DNA of 64,000 nucleotides from Zootoca vivipara (Eukaryota): NCBI RefSeq assembly GCF_963506605.1, contig NC_083276.1, positions 57,350,001 to 57,414,000 of the forward strand, read 5' to 3'. Shown piece by piece: positions 31,887 to 64,000 of this stretch (position 1 is its first letter; each line of letters starts with the position of its first letter). The notes under the pieces were generated by a model. It saw only the letters and a program-made list of their open reading frames with translations, ran no database searches and was not told where the DNA came from. The position numbers and the translations under genes were made by a program.

Positions 31887-33449
31887 GATTTGTAACCCAC
31901 ACATCTGACTGGGTTCCTCCAGCCACCCTGGATTCCAACATATAATAAACATTTAAAAAAATTATCCAGACTGTAGTCAAGAACGGAGGGTGCAAAGTGG
32001 CATGCAGAGTGTATTTTATACAGCAGGAAAGTAAAAAGTGGTATAGCAAGTCAACCCCAATTGCCTCAGAGGAACTCTTTCACATTAGCTACCCATTCTA
32101 TGTGGTTCTATAGGTCTGTGCTAGAGAATATAAGGTTACTGCATTTTTGTACCTATCCTCCCTAAGTGAGCAAAGAGCAGGCCTCAGAACAATACCTTAA
32201 ATTAACCATTGTCTGTAATCTCCCTTTCATGGGTATTTGGAGTTTCTTGACTTGTACACATTTCTGCAGGTACAGTATACTACATATACGTGCCATTTGG
32301 GTCAGAATGCAGCATCTACTGTATTAATTTTAGGATTACAGGCTTCTCTGTGCCTTTAAAAACAGTCTGGCATGCAAATACTGAGCAAATGAAGCTTTTA
32401 ATATCACTAGTTCAATATCAGAAAAACAGTTTGCCACCAACTAGTGTTACGGTAGGTAAAATATAAATACGGTACACTCTTGATCACCAAACCATGGTTT
32501 GGCCATCAGATAACATTTTGTCTGGACCCAACTTCTCACATCGATTAGAATCTATGGTCAAACAAATGTTGGGCTCCCAACTCCCTCCAACCCCAGCCAG
32601 CATAACCAATGGTCAGGGTTGATAGAAACTGTAGCCCAGGAGTATTTGGGGGCAGGGCACAGACTTGCCAGCCCTGCTCTAGGAAGTGCAATGAAGTAGG
32701 AAATAATACAGAGTGGGACATAGACAATTAGATCCAAAGCTGAAAAGGCAAAGCAATGACCACAACAGAAATAAACATATTCAATCAGCACTCTTCATTG
32801 AAACACTGGATAGTCCAGTGGTATGTGGACTTCAGAATGAATGAGTCCAACTTCTGCCTGCACCATGAGTAACATTTTGTGTGACTGACTGAATCACAGG
32901 CAATGAACTACCACAGAATTACAAGCCATTTCCAAAGGACAGTATCTGCATCCAGTTGAACAGTGCTCTTATCTGGATTCCAAAACCACACGGCCTCACA
33001 GGATGACAAGAGTAGGCCCGGCACACATCAACACCCGTAGGATGAACATAACATGCAGCTAGGCAGTAGTTTTCCGACACATGATCTGTGACAGTGCTCG
33101 TGACCTGCTGCCTCCATAAACTACTGGCTCACGTGCCGTGGCCTTTCGGTAATGATAAACATGGAAATGTGTCTAACAAGCGCAAATAAGCATCTCCTCA
33201 ATGCTCCAGGAAAATCCTTGCGCATCTCCCTATTGCATTAATGGCTAAGAAGTGGGTAGGGGTAGGATTCAATCGCAGGACAAAGAGAAGGACTATTAGC
33301 GTAGTGGCAGAGTGCCTATTTTGCACTCAGGTCTCCAATTTCATCCCCAGCATCTTCAGGTAGCCTTGGAGAAACCTTGGAAGGCATGTAGACGATGCTG
33401 AGCTAGATGGACCATTGCTGGGTGGACCTGGCAGCTTCATATCCTAGAG

Positions 33450-33587
33450 CAGTGTTTCCCAACCAGTGTGCCTCCAGATGTTTTGGGACTACAACTCCCA
33501 TCATTCCTGACCACTGGTCTTGCTAGCTAGGGATGATGGGAGTTGTAGTCCCAAAACATTTGGAGGCACACTGGTTGGGAAACACTG
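33450..33587. mobile_element. hAT-type MITE (near-identical to 20-157)
   Basis: TIRs; perfect TSD TCCTAGAG. Confidence 0.9.
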
Positions 33588-33799
33588 TCCTAGAGACACT
33601 TAAGGGTTATTTTGATGGTCACCCTGCCAGAGTTCTTACCAGCTTTAAGCTTGCGGGGAGCAGCAGCTCCAAGATGAAGCTGTCAAATAACTTCCTTCCC
33701 CTGAGATCCAACACAACACACAATGATACTCTCCTACTCCAGACAAGCCCACCCAGTTTTCGTACCCACAACCACTAGCCTGAATTGCAATCCATCCGC

Positions 33800-34960
33800 C
33801 CAGGAACATGCCAACTGCCCAGGGGGCGGGCAGTCCTCTCCCCACCACGATGCTGCCCCCATGAGTAGGCACGGAGAGCGGGCACGCCCGGCGAACGGAA
33901 GAGCGAGCCGGGAAGGCGCTCCCCTCCCTTCGGGAATGAGCGTCCCAGACAAGGAAGCAAGAGCAGCTCAGCCCCCTTCGATCAGCTGCCTCCTCGCCAC
34001 CGAAGAACAAAGGCCGATCAAAGCGAGGCAGCCCACCCAGTCAGCCACGGAGATGCCATGTGGCACCCCAGCCCCCACTTCCTCCCTCCATATACGACTC
34101 TTCTCCTTCCTCCTCCCATCACGAATCTCAATCTGGGCTGCTTCAGGTACGGGCCCCACCTTGCATCGCCGCTGCCCTAGTTAGATCCCCGGGATGGCCA
34201 TGCTGCGCGTGGCGCAGAAATCAGAGCCAATGCACCCCACGCCCACTTGGGGAGAAAAAGCCCCCAAGCCCGGCTCACCTCCCCGCTCCAGCCAAGACCA
34301 GAGTCCCGCTACTAGCGAGCGGATCGCGGGCGGCAGGGACCCTCCCGGCTTGCGGATCTTGCTGCGCCAAGGAGCCTCCCCGTCGCTGGCGCAAAAGGCG
34401 AGCCGCGCGAGGGAGCACCTGGCCGGGCTCCTGCCACTTACTTTGTTCCCAGCCCACTTCCTGGCTGCCCAGGCGCCTTCCTCTCCCGATGCAGCGTCTC
34501 CTCGCGTTCCCCTGCTGGGGCTTCCTAACTCGGCTGGTGCTGCAATTTCCGCCTCTCCCAAGATCCCGTTTCCTGTTTTTCATCACAGCGCGTCATCAGG
34601 TGGGAGAGGACTAAAGCGAGCGGCCGGTGGTGGTGGTGGTTGGCATTCGGCTCCGGGCGGGCTTTGCAGCACGTCCGCGGAAACGGGGGTCGCCTATATT
34701 GGGAACCCCGCGATGCGCCCCTTTTCCTATGCAAAAGCTCCCGGACCCTTTCTCTGCTCGGCGCGAGCGCCGGCTCTTTCTAACGCGCTTGCTCGGGTCC
34801 GCAGCCTGCTAGCGGAGCATCGTTTCTTACCAAAGCGTGCAAATCAAACCCCCTTTTGCCATTCAGAGGGTGGGAGTGGGAAAACCCAGGCGTTAAAGTC
34901 GGCAGGTCGGTGGGCGGGAAATTTCCTAGCAATTGGATCACAACGTCTATCCGAAAGTAA
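33800..34960 (-). promoter_or_regulatory. CTTN: CpG island / CTTN promoter with non-coding first exon (candidate donor GAG|GTGAGC at 34279)
   Basis: Sharp rise in GC and CpG density ~3.5 kb upstream of the start-codon exon; GC boxes; consensus 5' splice site. Confidence 0.75.
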
Positions 34961-35439
34961 ACCACGTCTCATTGATTTCAGTAGGGTTGGCTCCCCGCTA
35001 AAATGGGCATGTGATTATTTAACAAAATTTGCATACAGCCACTAGTACAAAAGATCTCTAAACGGCTTACACAGTAGATAGCCTAAAACATTAATTTTTC
35101 AAAAAAAATCATTAAAAACAAGTCACATAAAAAATAAGCTTTAAAATAAAATCTAGAATTTTAAAACACTTTTACATACTAAAATGATGCATTCAAATTG
35201 CATGTTAAGATTGCATGCCTGGGTAGCCTTGCTGGAACTATAATAGTTTTTAGTAGGCATGGAAAAACCATTTGGAGAAGGCACCCGCCTAATAACAATG
35301 AGCAGAGAATTCCAAAGTACATATACGGTAGTAGGTGGTGCAACACTGAAAGGTTGGCTTCTTGCCAGCGTGGAATAAACATTGTATTGTACTTGTAAAA
35401 GTGCTAGTCCCACAGACTGAAGTGGCCGACACATATGAG

Positions 35440-35980
35440 GTGAGGCCCTCCTTTAAGAAAACTGGCCTCAAGTTGTTGAGAGTCATATACTAACAGTAAC
35501 ACATTGACTTTGACCTGGTAACATCCCAGCAGCCACTGCAGATCTCTGAGCAAGAGTGTTATATGCTGAGAGGGTCTCACTCCTGTCAGCGATCCTGCTG
35601 CAGTTTCCAGGTCAAGCACAAGGGAAAGCCCTGCATAGTAATCCAATACTGAAGTCATTAACGCCTGAAAATTAATGAGCAACAAGCTATCCCGATCCTG
35701 TTGCTGCACCAAAGCAAATAGAAGCCACTCCTAGCCACTGAGGCCTCCAATCACAACGCCATCCAGGGGCGGCAACAGGCCAATTTCTCAGACACAGGAA
35801 ACCATTCACCCACAGCGCCTCCATCTTACTGGGATTCAAAGCTACTTTTCCCCCCTCATCCAACCCACCACTGTGTCTGGGCACCAGTCCAGGTCCTGCA
35901 CGGCCTCTCCCGATTGAGATGTTGTGGAGGAATAGAGCCGAGTATCATTAGCATACTGATGGCACTTTGCCCCCGAAATT
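35440..35980 (-). mobile_element. Degraded L2-type LINE fragment
   Basis: CHQYANDTRLY (YADD-like), LNPSKME and HITLLLRDLQWL motifs. Confidence 0.72.
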
Positions 35981-38764
35981 ACAGCCTGACATGACCGTTT
36001 GTGTGTAGGGCCATCACAGATGAGGAGGAAAGGAGCTGGGGGGATCCAGGGCTTCAGCAGAGGGAGGACAAAAGCAACAGTCTTTGACCTGGAATAATGG
36101 GTCACTGCCACTTTTCTGCCTCAGGTTATTTCCCTTCTCACCAGCCAAGCTCCTGTAGAAGAAGGAAGCACTCTAGCTGCTTTTGCCATGTGCATGAGAA
36201 GAATAGGTAAACAGAACACTCTCTTTGCCATCTGCAAGTCCAAACTTCAGAGATCCATGCTTTAAAAAGTAGCTTTAAAAAGTTGTCTATTGAACTCCAA
36301 ATAATAGCAACGATGACTGTTGGAAACTCATGTTTGGGGCAAGGAGCAGAGACCAACTGCTTAAAAACATGTATGTGTGTATTGGAAACTGTTAAGGAAC
36401 ACTTTTCTACTCTTTGGAAACCTGCAACTTAAAAACAAATGTTATAGGATACAGTTTCCTATAGACCTTTTTTAGGGTAAATGAGAGATGTTACACCATT
36501 GGGAAAGAAGAGCAATGACTCACAAATACAGTTTAATGGTGGTAAAAATGTGAGGAAGAGTCTAGAAAAGCAACTTTATTCCATCTATGGAATTTATAGC
36601 TGAATGAAATTCGGAACATGACTGTTATATGCTAAAGGGGAAAAAAACAAGTTTCTAAAAGCTTCTCTTAAAACTGTTTTGGCTGACCTAAACAAGATTT
36701 CCGAGTATTAGCACCATCGCTTGCTTCATCGCATTGCTTCAAAATGTGCAAATCCAGCCCTGCTCTCTCTGTGTGTCTGAACAGGGCCCTGGACTTCTGC
36801 CCAGAGAGCATCACTGTTTCCAGGAGAGAATATTCCACAAAATTGAAGCAGAAAGGTTTTCTTATGGCACGGGGAGAAGAGCCAGCCAGATCTCAAGTGA
36901 TGGAAAGGCTCATACGTATCTAAGTCAGGGCTAAGCAATGTAACGCCCTCCAGATACTGTGGGACAACAGCTCTCACCAGCCCTAGCCAACATGGCCAAT
37001 GGTCAGGGATGATGGGAATAGTTATCTGGAGGACACTTATGGACACTGGGCCTTGCACTATCCTCCTGGAGACCCATAAGCCAATCAGGGCTTGGGTGTG
37101 TGTGTCAACCAATCACAAGGGAGTGGAGAGAAATGGTCAGATAGCGCTTGGGTGGATTTTAGGCTTTTAAAGGCTTGGCTGGGTGGTTAGGGTTTCGCTA
37201 GGCTGGGCAACCCAGATTATTTCTCTGAGGGGAAGGAAAAGATTCTAGGAGGAGTCTGAAAGCGTTTTACTGGCTGAGTAGAACACAACCATTCTTGGAA
37301 CAATTAGTTTAATTAGAAACAGGTTTAAAATAAAGCTTTAAGTAAAGTTCTTAATTACTTCTGTAAAGGGATCTGACTGAAACAAAGTTGTACCTTCCCA
37401 GAGTAATCACTGAGCTTTAACCCTCACTGAATGTGTATAAATAAAATTCGACTTTTGTTTCCAACATGCCTCATTCTTACTTTGATCTACTGGTTGAGGG
37501 GTAAGTGGCCTCAGGTTTTCCTTTATATAAAGAATCCTTGCTGCTGCATTAGTAAACACTACCATGTACAGAGAATCTCAGACCTCTCAAGAATAATTGT
37601 CAGGGGGGTTTAAATTTTAACGTGCCTCCAACCTGGTCATGTTACCTTGCTCCCTTCTTTACTGAGGGAGTTTGCCACAGACTCCACACTGACTACCCAA
37701 GGTCTAAGATACTGATACAGAATTCAAGGGGAAACTGCTGGGAACATTAATCTTCCTCCTTTCCAGGGTTTGGGATGCAAGTATGGAAGGAAAAGAAGCT
37801 GTAACTCCTTGCCTCTAGGGCAGCAAATAGCTGTCTTGTTTGATTCTGTGCTTGCACTTCTAAATGTGAGCTGCAAGTTGTGAACTGCTGAGATGGAAAG
37901 GAAAAGCTAGGGGAAATGTGTGATTCATCTGTATTGAAATGAGTGCAGAGAGAGTATCATTCAATATTGAGGAAAGCACATTCAACATAGAGTTGCTATA
38001 GCTACCAGAAATATTAATCTGTTTCTAAACTAAAGTGCTAGAATAGCACAGATGAAAAAAGGGGGAGGGATAATCCCCAGATTACATGACAATAGCTCCT
38101 GGTCACAGGGCTAAGCAGCCATTTAGAAAACAAGAGGATGGCAGAAGGCAACAGCAGTTTCATCAGTGGGGTGAACTTCAAAAGATTTAAAAGCAACCTA
38201 CGGTACTTACTAAAGCATTCTAGAAATGCTTGTTTTATATGGCACATTTTGAGACAAATTTTCATCAGCAGGGTTCCAATCCTGCACACAGATTGTTATG
38301 CAGGCTTACTCTGAAGTTGCACTGGAGTCCAACGGAGTTTAACATCAAAGCCGCAATCGAATGCAGGGCTACACTTTACGAATGTAAACAGACTGTGACA
38401 CAGCATAGACGGTCCTTTCCAGATGTTCTGGGTAATTCACATCAGTCCCTAGCCAGCATGGGCAATAGGAGAATGGGATTTGTAGTGCAAAGCTACTAGA
38501 ACACCACATTGTGCTACGCCACAGGTAATAGCTTAAGTGTCTTGAAGGTTATGGGACTTGCCTCAGTTTAGACCAGCCTCACCCAAGTTGTAGTCTAATT
38601 CTGGAAGTTGTGCTCCAGAATCATCTGGAGGGCACCTGGGCTGGGGAAAGCTGGTTTCAGCAAAGAGGAACATGACTCGATGCTTCACAAGAAATCTCAT
38701 CTACATCAATTAATTACTTGAAATTTGACTTCAAAACACTTCAAGCCCCATTGTTGGCAGTGGA

Positions 38765-40136
38765 AAAAATGCTTCAGTACTTTATTGAAGAAAGCAATAA
38801 ATAATACTGTGATAAAAATAGTTCAAAAGTACTTAGTCTGTACATATTTTGTTACATAATCAGAAGTACACATAAAAGATTAATAGAAAAAAAACACAGA
38901 ACAGTAACAATGAATTTCAGTCGTACAATTAAAAAGAGCCAAAACCAAAACAGAAAAAGACATGCTGTATATATTATTGCATAATAAATAATGCACCATA
39001 ATCTGAACTCATTCCTCGCTGGCATCTTAAGATGCTATTTTAAAAAACGAATGATGCATTTTCTACTTATATTGGTTGAAATGGCTAACACTATTAACAA
39101 TTAATTTTTGTCCAGAATTTAAAACAAGTTTATAAATATATGCAAAAGATGGCATAAGAAAAATAAGGCCTTTTTAATAGTTGCACTACTACACGCTTTA
39201 GCCTCATGGGCCATCAGCATTTTCGTCATGAGACAGTTGCGCATCATGATTGGTCCACTTAGAAGAATTGCATCAGTTCGGTATTTTTCTGAAAAACAGT
39301 TTCACATCAAAATACAGAAGAGCACTTCGTTGCCTATTGAGTACTATTAGGAGCTATCCTCAGTTAAGAGAAAATATTTCCGCTTATGGCTTATGCTCAG
39401 TCAATGAACATAGACTGTACAAATATAGCCACAAAAAAGAAGTTATAAAGGAGCTCACCAGGTCTCTCACACATTTCATAGTATTCAAATAAATCCCACA
39501 TTTTAGAATTTCATTTAAAGCAAGTTATATTGAACAGAAGGCTTAAATAAATCCACTTTAAAATCATATGCTAGGTGGAAAACATACAGTTATGAACGGA
39601 AATAGAAGCAGGTACCATGCCCACTTTATTAATAAACATATGCTTCTCTGAAAAAAATGGGATTTATTTAACGTTTTAGAGCTAGCTAGCATTTTCCAAA
39701 TGGCAAAATATATATACTGCTTGAGTCAGGATACCTTTACAAAGATAGTAAAATCCTTTTCACCTGGGTTTATTATTAAAAACTTATTACTGATAATTAC
39801 AATAACTGCATAATTTACAAAAACCCTACATTGCTTATAGGGGTAGATACATACAAGCATTACAGTACATTCAATAGAAGAGACTAAAATTAACAAATCG
39901 GCAGTAATTTGATTTATAGACTGAATACAAAGGTAAGTAATAAGACTCACATACACTTACATAAATATAAGAAACATTTAAGTCTAAAATACTTTCTCTA
40001 TAGTACTCACAAATTCATCTAATTAAAAACTCTGTAATAAAATATTTCAAAGTGTTGATTTAACAAGTATTAACAAGATTAAAGATTTGAATTGTTTCCA
40101 AAATATGGTCTTTGAATTCAAAATGTTTCAGGTCAT
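38765..40136 (-). other. PPFIA1: PPFIA1 terminal (3'UTR) exon; AATAAA at 39625-39630 and 38781-38786
   Basis: Acceptor TTTCTACAG| at 40136; TE-free AT-rich UTR-like sequence; polyA hexamers. Confidence 0.65.
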
Positions 40137-41406
40137 CTGTAGAAATAGTGGGGATAAACTGAAAATAAAGTAAGACTCAGTTAGTTGCAGAAGTCAAGAC
40201 AGGGAAACGTATGCACCATCTCTCTAATCCAAGGAATGACAAGAACAGAGGGGAGACTACATGCGGTTTTACTCTTTTTTCACAGCCTCGATCAAGGGAG
40301 GCAGTGGAAGCCTGTCACAGTGCCAAGTGACTGTTAGGCAAAGGAAGGGGGGAAACCAAACTCTGCCCAGACTTCCCTTTTCCTCCCCATCCAACAGCTG
40401 ATCAGTTGTATGGAATGACTTTACTCAGAAGTGTCACAGCACCAGTGGGCTACTCCTCTTGGCCCCACGAGTGCAATTGCACCAGATGTACAACTAGCTG
40501 TAAAGCACTTTCCTATAGGTAGCTTTTGAAGAACGAGAATATTTTATAAATTCGTCTTATATATAGAATAAAATGTTATGTATTCCCATGCACTGTCTCC
40601 CCAAAGATATAATTAAGGCAGACATGTTTTAAATAAAAACCAAACCGTTTACTTGAAGAGGTTAATCTAGCCATGGGCGTAGCCAGGCTGCCCCCCTGCC
40701 TTCCCTTGGTTATGCGCATGAAGGCAGCCTTTATTTCTTAAAGCAGGATTATAGCCCTTAAGGGTTGGACAGAATTTTAAATGGTAAGGAGCAGCACCCT
40801 GCATAGCTTTTTGTTCATTCACTTACCCAGTACAACAGAATAAAATTTTTGAAGTATACAGATGTATTTGTACTTACATTACTACAAACCCCAATACAAG
40901 TTATTTGCACATTACATATAGTTTCCCCCTTTTCAATCTTCCAAAAACAAACTAGAAAGCCTGGTGCTGAAAGTACAGTTACCAGTGCATGAAAATATTT
41001 ATTTTTTAAAAATTATCTAATGTAGATTTATTTAAAATATTTATATACTGCCCATTTCACAAAGACATCAGAAATACAGGAGGGGGTATGACTCCTGTGC
41101 CCAGAGCCTTTCAAAAGGTGTCCCCACAGAACTCAAACTTCTGTCTAAAACTACGGAGTTTAAAAAGTAGTTTGGGGACTAGGTATGACAGCTGTTCAAA
41201 GGGGGATTATATATTGGTGCTGTATATGGAATATTTCACCAACTTCCTCTCTACAGTTGCTTGGCTGAATCGCAAAACTGCTTTCTAAATTCATGAGGCT
41301 GGTCAGCAGTTTGTGGTTCTGGGGGACATCTTCTGAATCAATGTGGACTTCAACATGCCACAGACAGCAACCAGAAAGATGTCAAGCAGGTGTTCCAATA
41401 TTTGTA

Positions 41407-41818
41407 CAGTGGTACCTCGGTTTAAGTAACACAATTGGTTCCGGAAGTCTGTACTTAACCTTAAGCATACTTAACCTGAAGCGAACTTTCCCATTGAAAG
41501 TAATGGAAAGTGGATTAATCCATTCCAGACGGTCCGCGGAGTACTTAAACTGAAGCATACTTAACCTGAAGCGAACTTTCCCATTGGAAGTAATGGAAAA
41601 TGAATTAATCCGTTCCAGACGGGTCAGCGGAGTACTCAACCTGAAGCGTACTTAACCTGAAGTATGAGTGTAATTGGTTCTGGAAGTCCGTACTTAACCT
41701 GCAGTGAATTTTCCCATTGAAAGTAATGGAACGTGGATTAATCTGTTCCAGACGGGGCCGCTGAGTACGTAAACTGAAAGTACTCAAACCAAAGCGTACT
41801 TAAACTGAGGTATGACTG
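41407..41818. mobile_element. Tc1/mariner (Tigger-like) MITE with internal tandem repeats
   Basis: CAGTGGTACCTC...GAGGTATGACTG; TA TSD; ~3 internal units. Confidence 0.83.
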
Positions 41819-41887
41819 TATACTGTAACTTTAAAAACATCCATGCACCACAATGAGGCTATCACTGTTACTTACCAATAAAAGGCT

Positions 41888-62925
<21,038 letters not shown>

Positions 62926-63065
62926 CTAAAAAGAAATAAATAAAGCAATTCCTTTATGCAGTGTATCTGCCACAAAAGAGGCACATTTTATCCAGTTATC
63001 AAAGTTTCACTGCCATCAATTAACATTTTCTATTTTCATCAATAACTCAAGTTATGGTATGAAGG

Positions 63066-63536
63066 AAGGTCCGTATAGTTAAAGCTATGGTTTTCCCAGT
63101 AGTGATGTATGGAAGTGAGAGCTGGACCATAAAGAAGGCTGATCACCGAAGAATTGATGCTTTTGAATTATGGTGCTGGAGGAGACTCTTGAGAGTCCCA
63201 TGGACTGCAAGAAGATCAAACCTATCCATTCTTAAGGAAATCAGCCCCGAGTGCTCACTGGAAGGACAGATCGTGAAGCTGAGGCTCCAATACTTTGGCC
63301 ACCTCATGAGAAGAGAAGAATCCTTGGAAAAGACCTTGATGTTGGGAAAGATGGAGGGCACTAGGAGAAGGGGACGACAGAGGACAAGATGGTTGGACAG
63401 TGTTCTCGAAGCTACGAACATGAGTTTGACCAAACTGCGGGAGGCAGTGGAAGACAGGAGTGCCTGGCGTGCTATGGTCCATGGGGTCACAAAGAGTTGG
63501 ACACGACTAAACGACTAAACAACAACAACAACAACA
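63066..63536 (+). mobile_element. BovB (RTE) LINE 3' fragment
   Basis: ORF 63087..63518; (CAA)n tail; 12-bp TSD ATGGTATGAAGG (63054-63065, 63537-63548). Confidence 0.93.
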
Positions 63537-63604
63537 ATGGTATGAAGGCAGCTATTTAAAAGGATAACTAACTTGTATTAGCTGTTTAAGGGTACTGTTT
63601 AAGG

Positions 63605-63818
63605 TCCTTGAACAGCTTAGTTGACAAACAAAGCGATAACCCGGAAGAAAGTGTTCCGGTTTTCGAAAGATTTTCGGAAGCCGAACGTCTGACGCAGATT
63701 CCGCTTGAGTGCAGGAAGCTCCTGCAGCCAATCGGAAGCCGCGCCTTAGATTTCAAACAGTTGCGGGAGTTGAACAGACTTCCAGAAATGATTAAGCTCG
63801 AGAACCAAGGTTCCACTA
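63605..63818. mobile_element. Partial Tigger-like MITE related to 28995-29216
   Basis: Shared internal motif (cctgcagccaatc.gaagcc) and one TIR (ccaaggttccact). Confidence 0.65.
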
Positions 63819-64000
63819 TACTTCTTTACAAGTCCTAATGAAAGGTACAGTATTACTATTGGAATTCTACTGAACAGGTACTCATTTGGGACTGCATCCA
63901 AAAATGTGCCTTCATGGACATAAATATCTTTAATCCAGCAGAGACTTCTGTGAGGAAATAAGATAGTGAGGCTATTTTTGCATTTTGCCCCCGCTTGCAG

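Noticed and set aside
31668-32049. Poly-Leu/poly-Ile ORFs as membrane peptides
   Set aside because: Translations of the (ATT)n microsatellite.
32196-32263. Candidate non-coding CTTN exon 2 (CTGCAG|...AAG|GTATT)
   Set aside because: Plausible splice dinucleotides but a weak polypyrimidine tract; cannot be supported without transcripts.
33645-35045. 283-aa ORF 34194..35045 and neighbours as a gene in the CpG island
   Set aside because: Stop-poor GC-rich sequence with open frames on both strands; no domain similarity.
41440-41810. CRISPR-like repeat array
   Set aside because: Eukaryotic context, no unique spacers, and the repeats lie inside a TIR/TA-bounded MITE.

Overview
Vertebrate genomic DNA, most likely from a squamate (probably a lacertid lizard, inferred from Sauria SINEs, BovB and a tRNA-Lys/CR1 SINE). 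Two host genes lie in tandem on the minus strand. The first is the complete coding region of cortactin (CTTN; 16 coding exons, 30698->2094, 554 aa, CpG-island promoter ~33.8-35.0 kb). The second is the 3' part of liprin-alpha1 (PPFIA1; 62925->41888, plus a 3'UTR exon), including 30-, 63- and 27-nt frame-preserving cassette exons. The last CTTN intron holds a full-length, apparently very young Ty3/Gypsy (Tf1/sushi-type chromovirus) LTR retrotransposon at 2635-8447. It has 428-bp LTRs that look identical, a 5-bp TSD, intact gag and pol, a GGGAAAC -1 frameshift signal with a downstream stem, and an 11-nt self-priming site in place of a tRNA PBS. The main candidate novelty is in its integrase. The chromodomain has lost two aromatic-cage residues and is followed by a ~215-aa tail that reads through U3. 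The tail carries two tandem 'VF-acidic linker-FLGF' motifs resembling the LEDGF-IBD/TFIIS-N-domain interacting motifs (IBM/TIM) of host proteins, which suggests an integration-targeting strategy by host-motif mimicry (inference, untested). The rest of the window is hAT and Tc1/mariner MITEs, SINEs, RTE/BovB, L2 and CR1 fragments, a Penelope end with a minimal hammerhead ribozyme, microsatellites and two assembly gaps.
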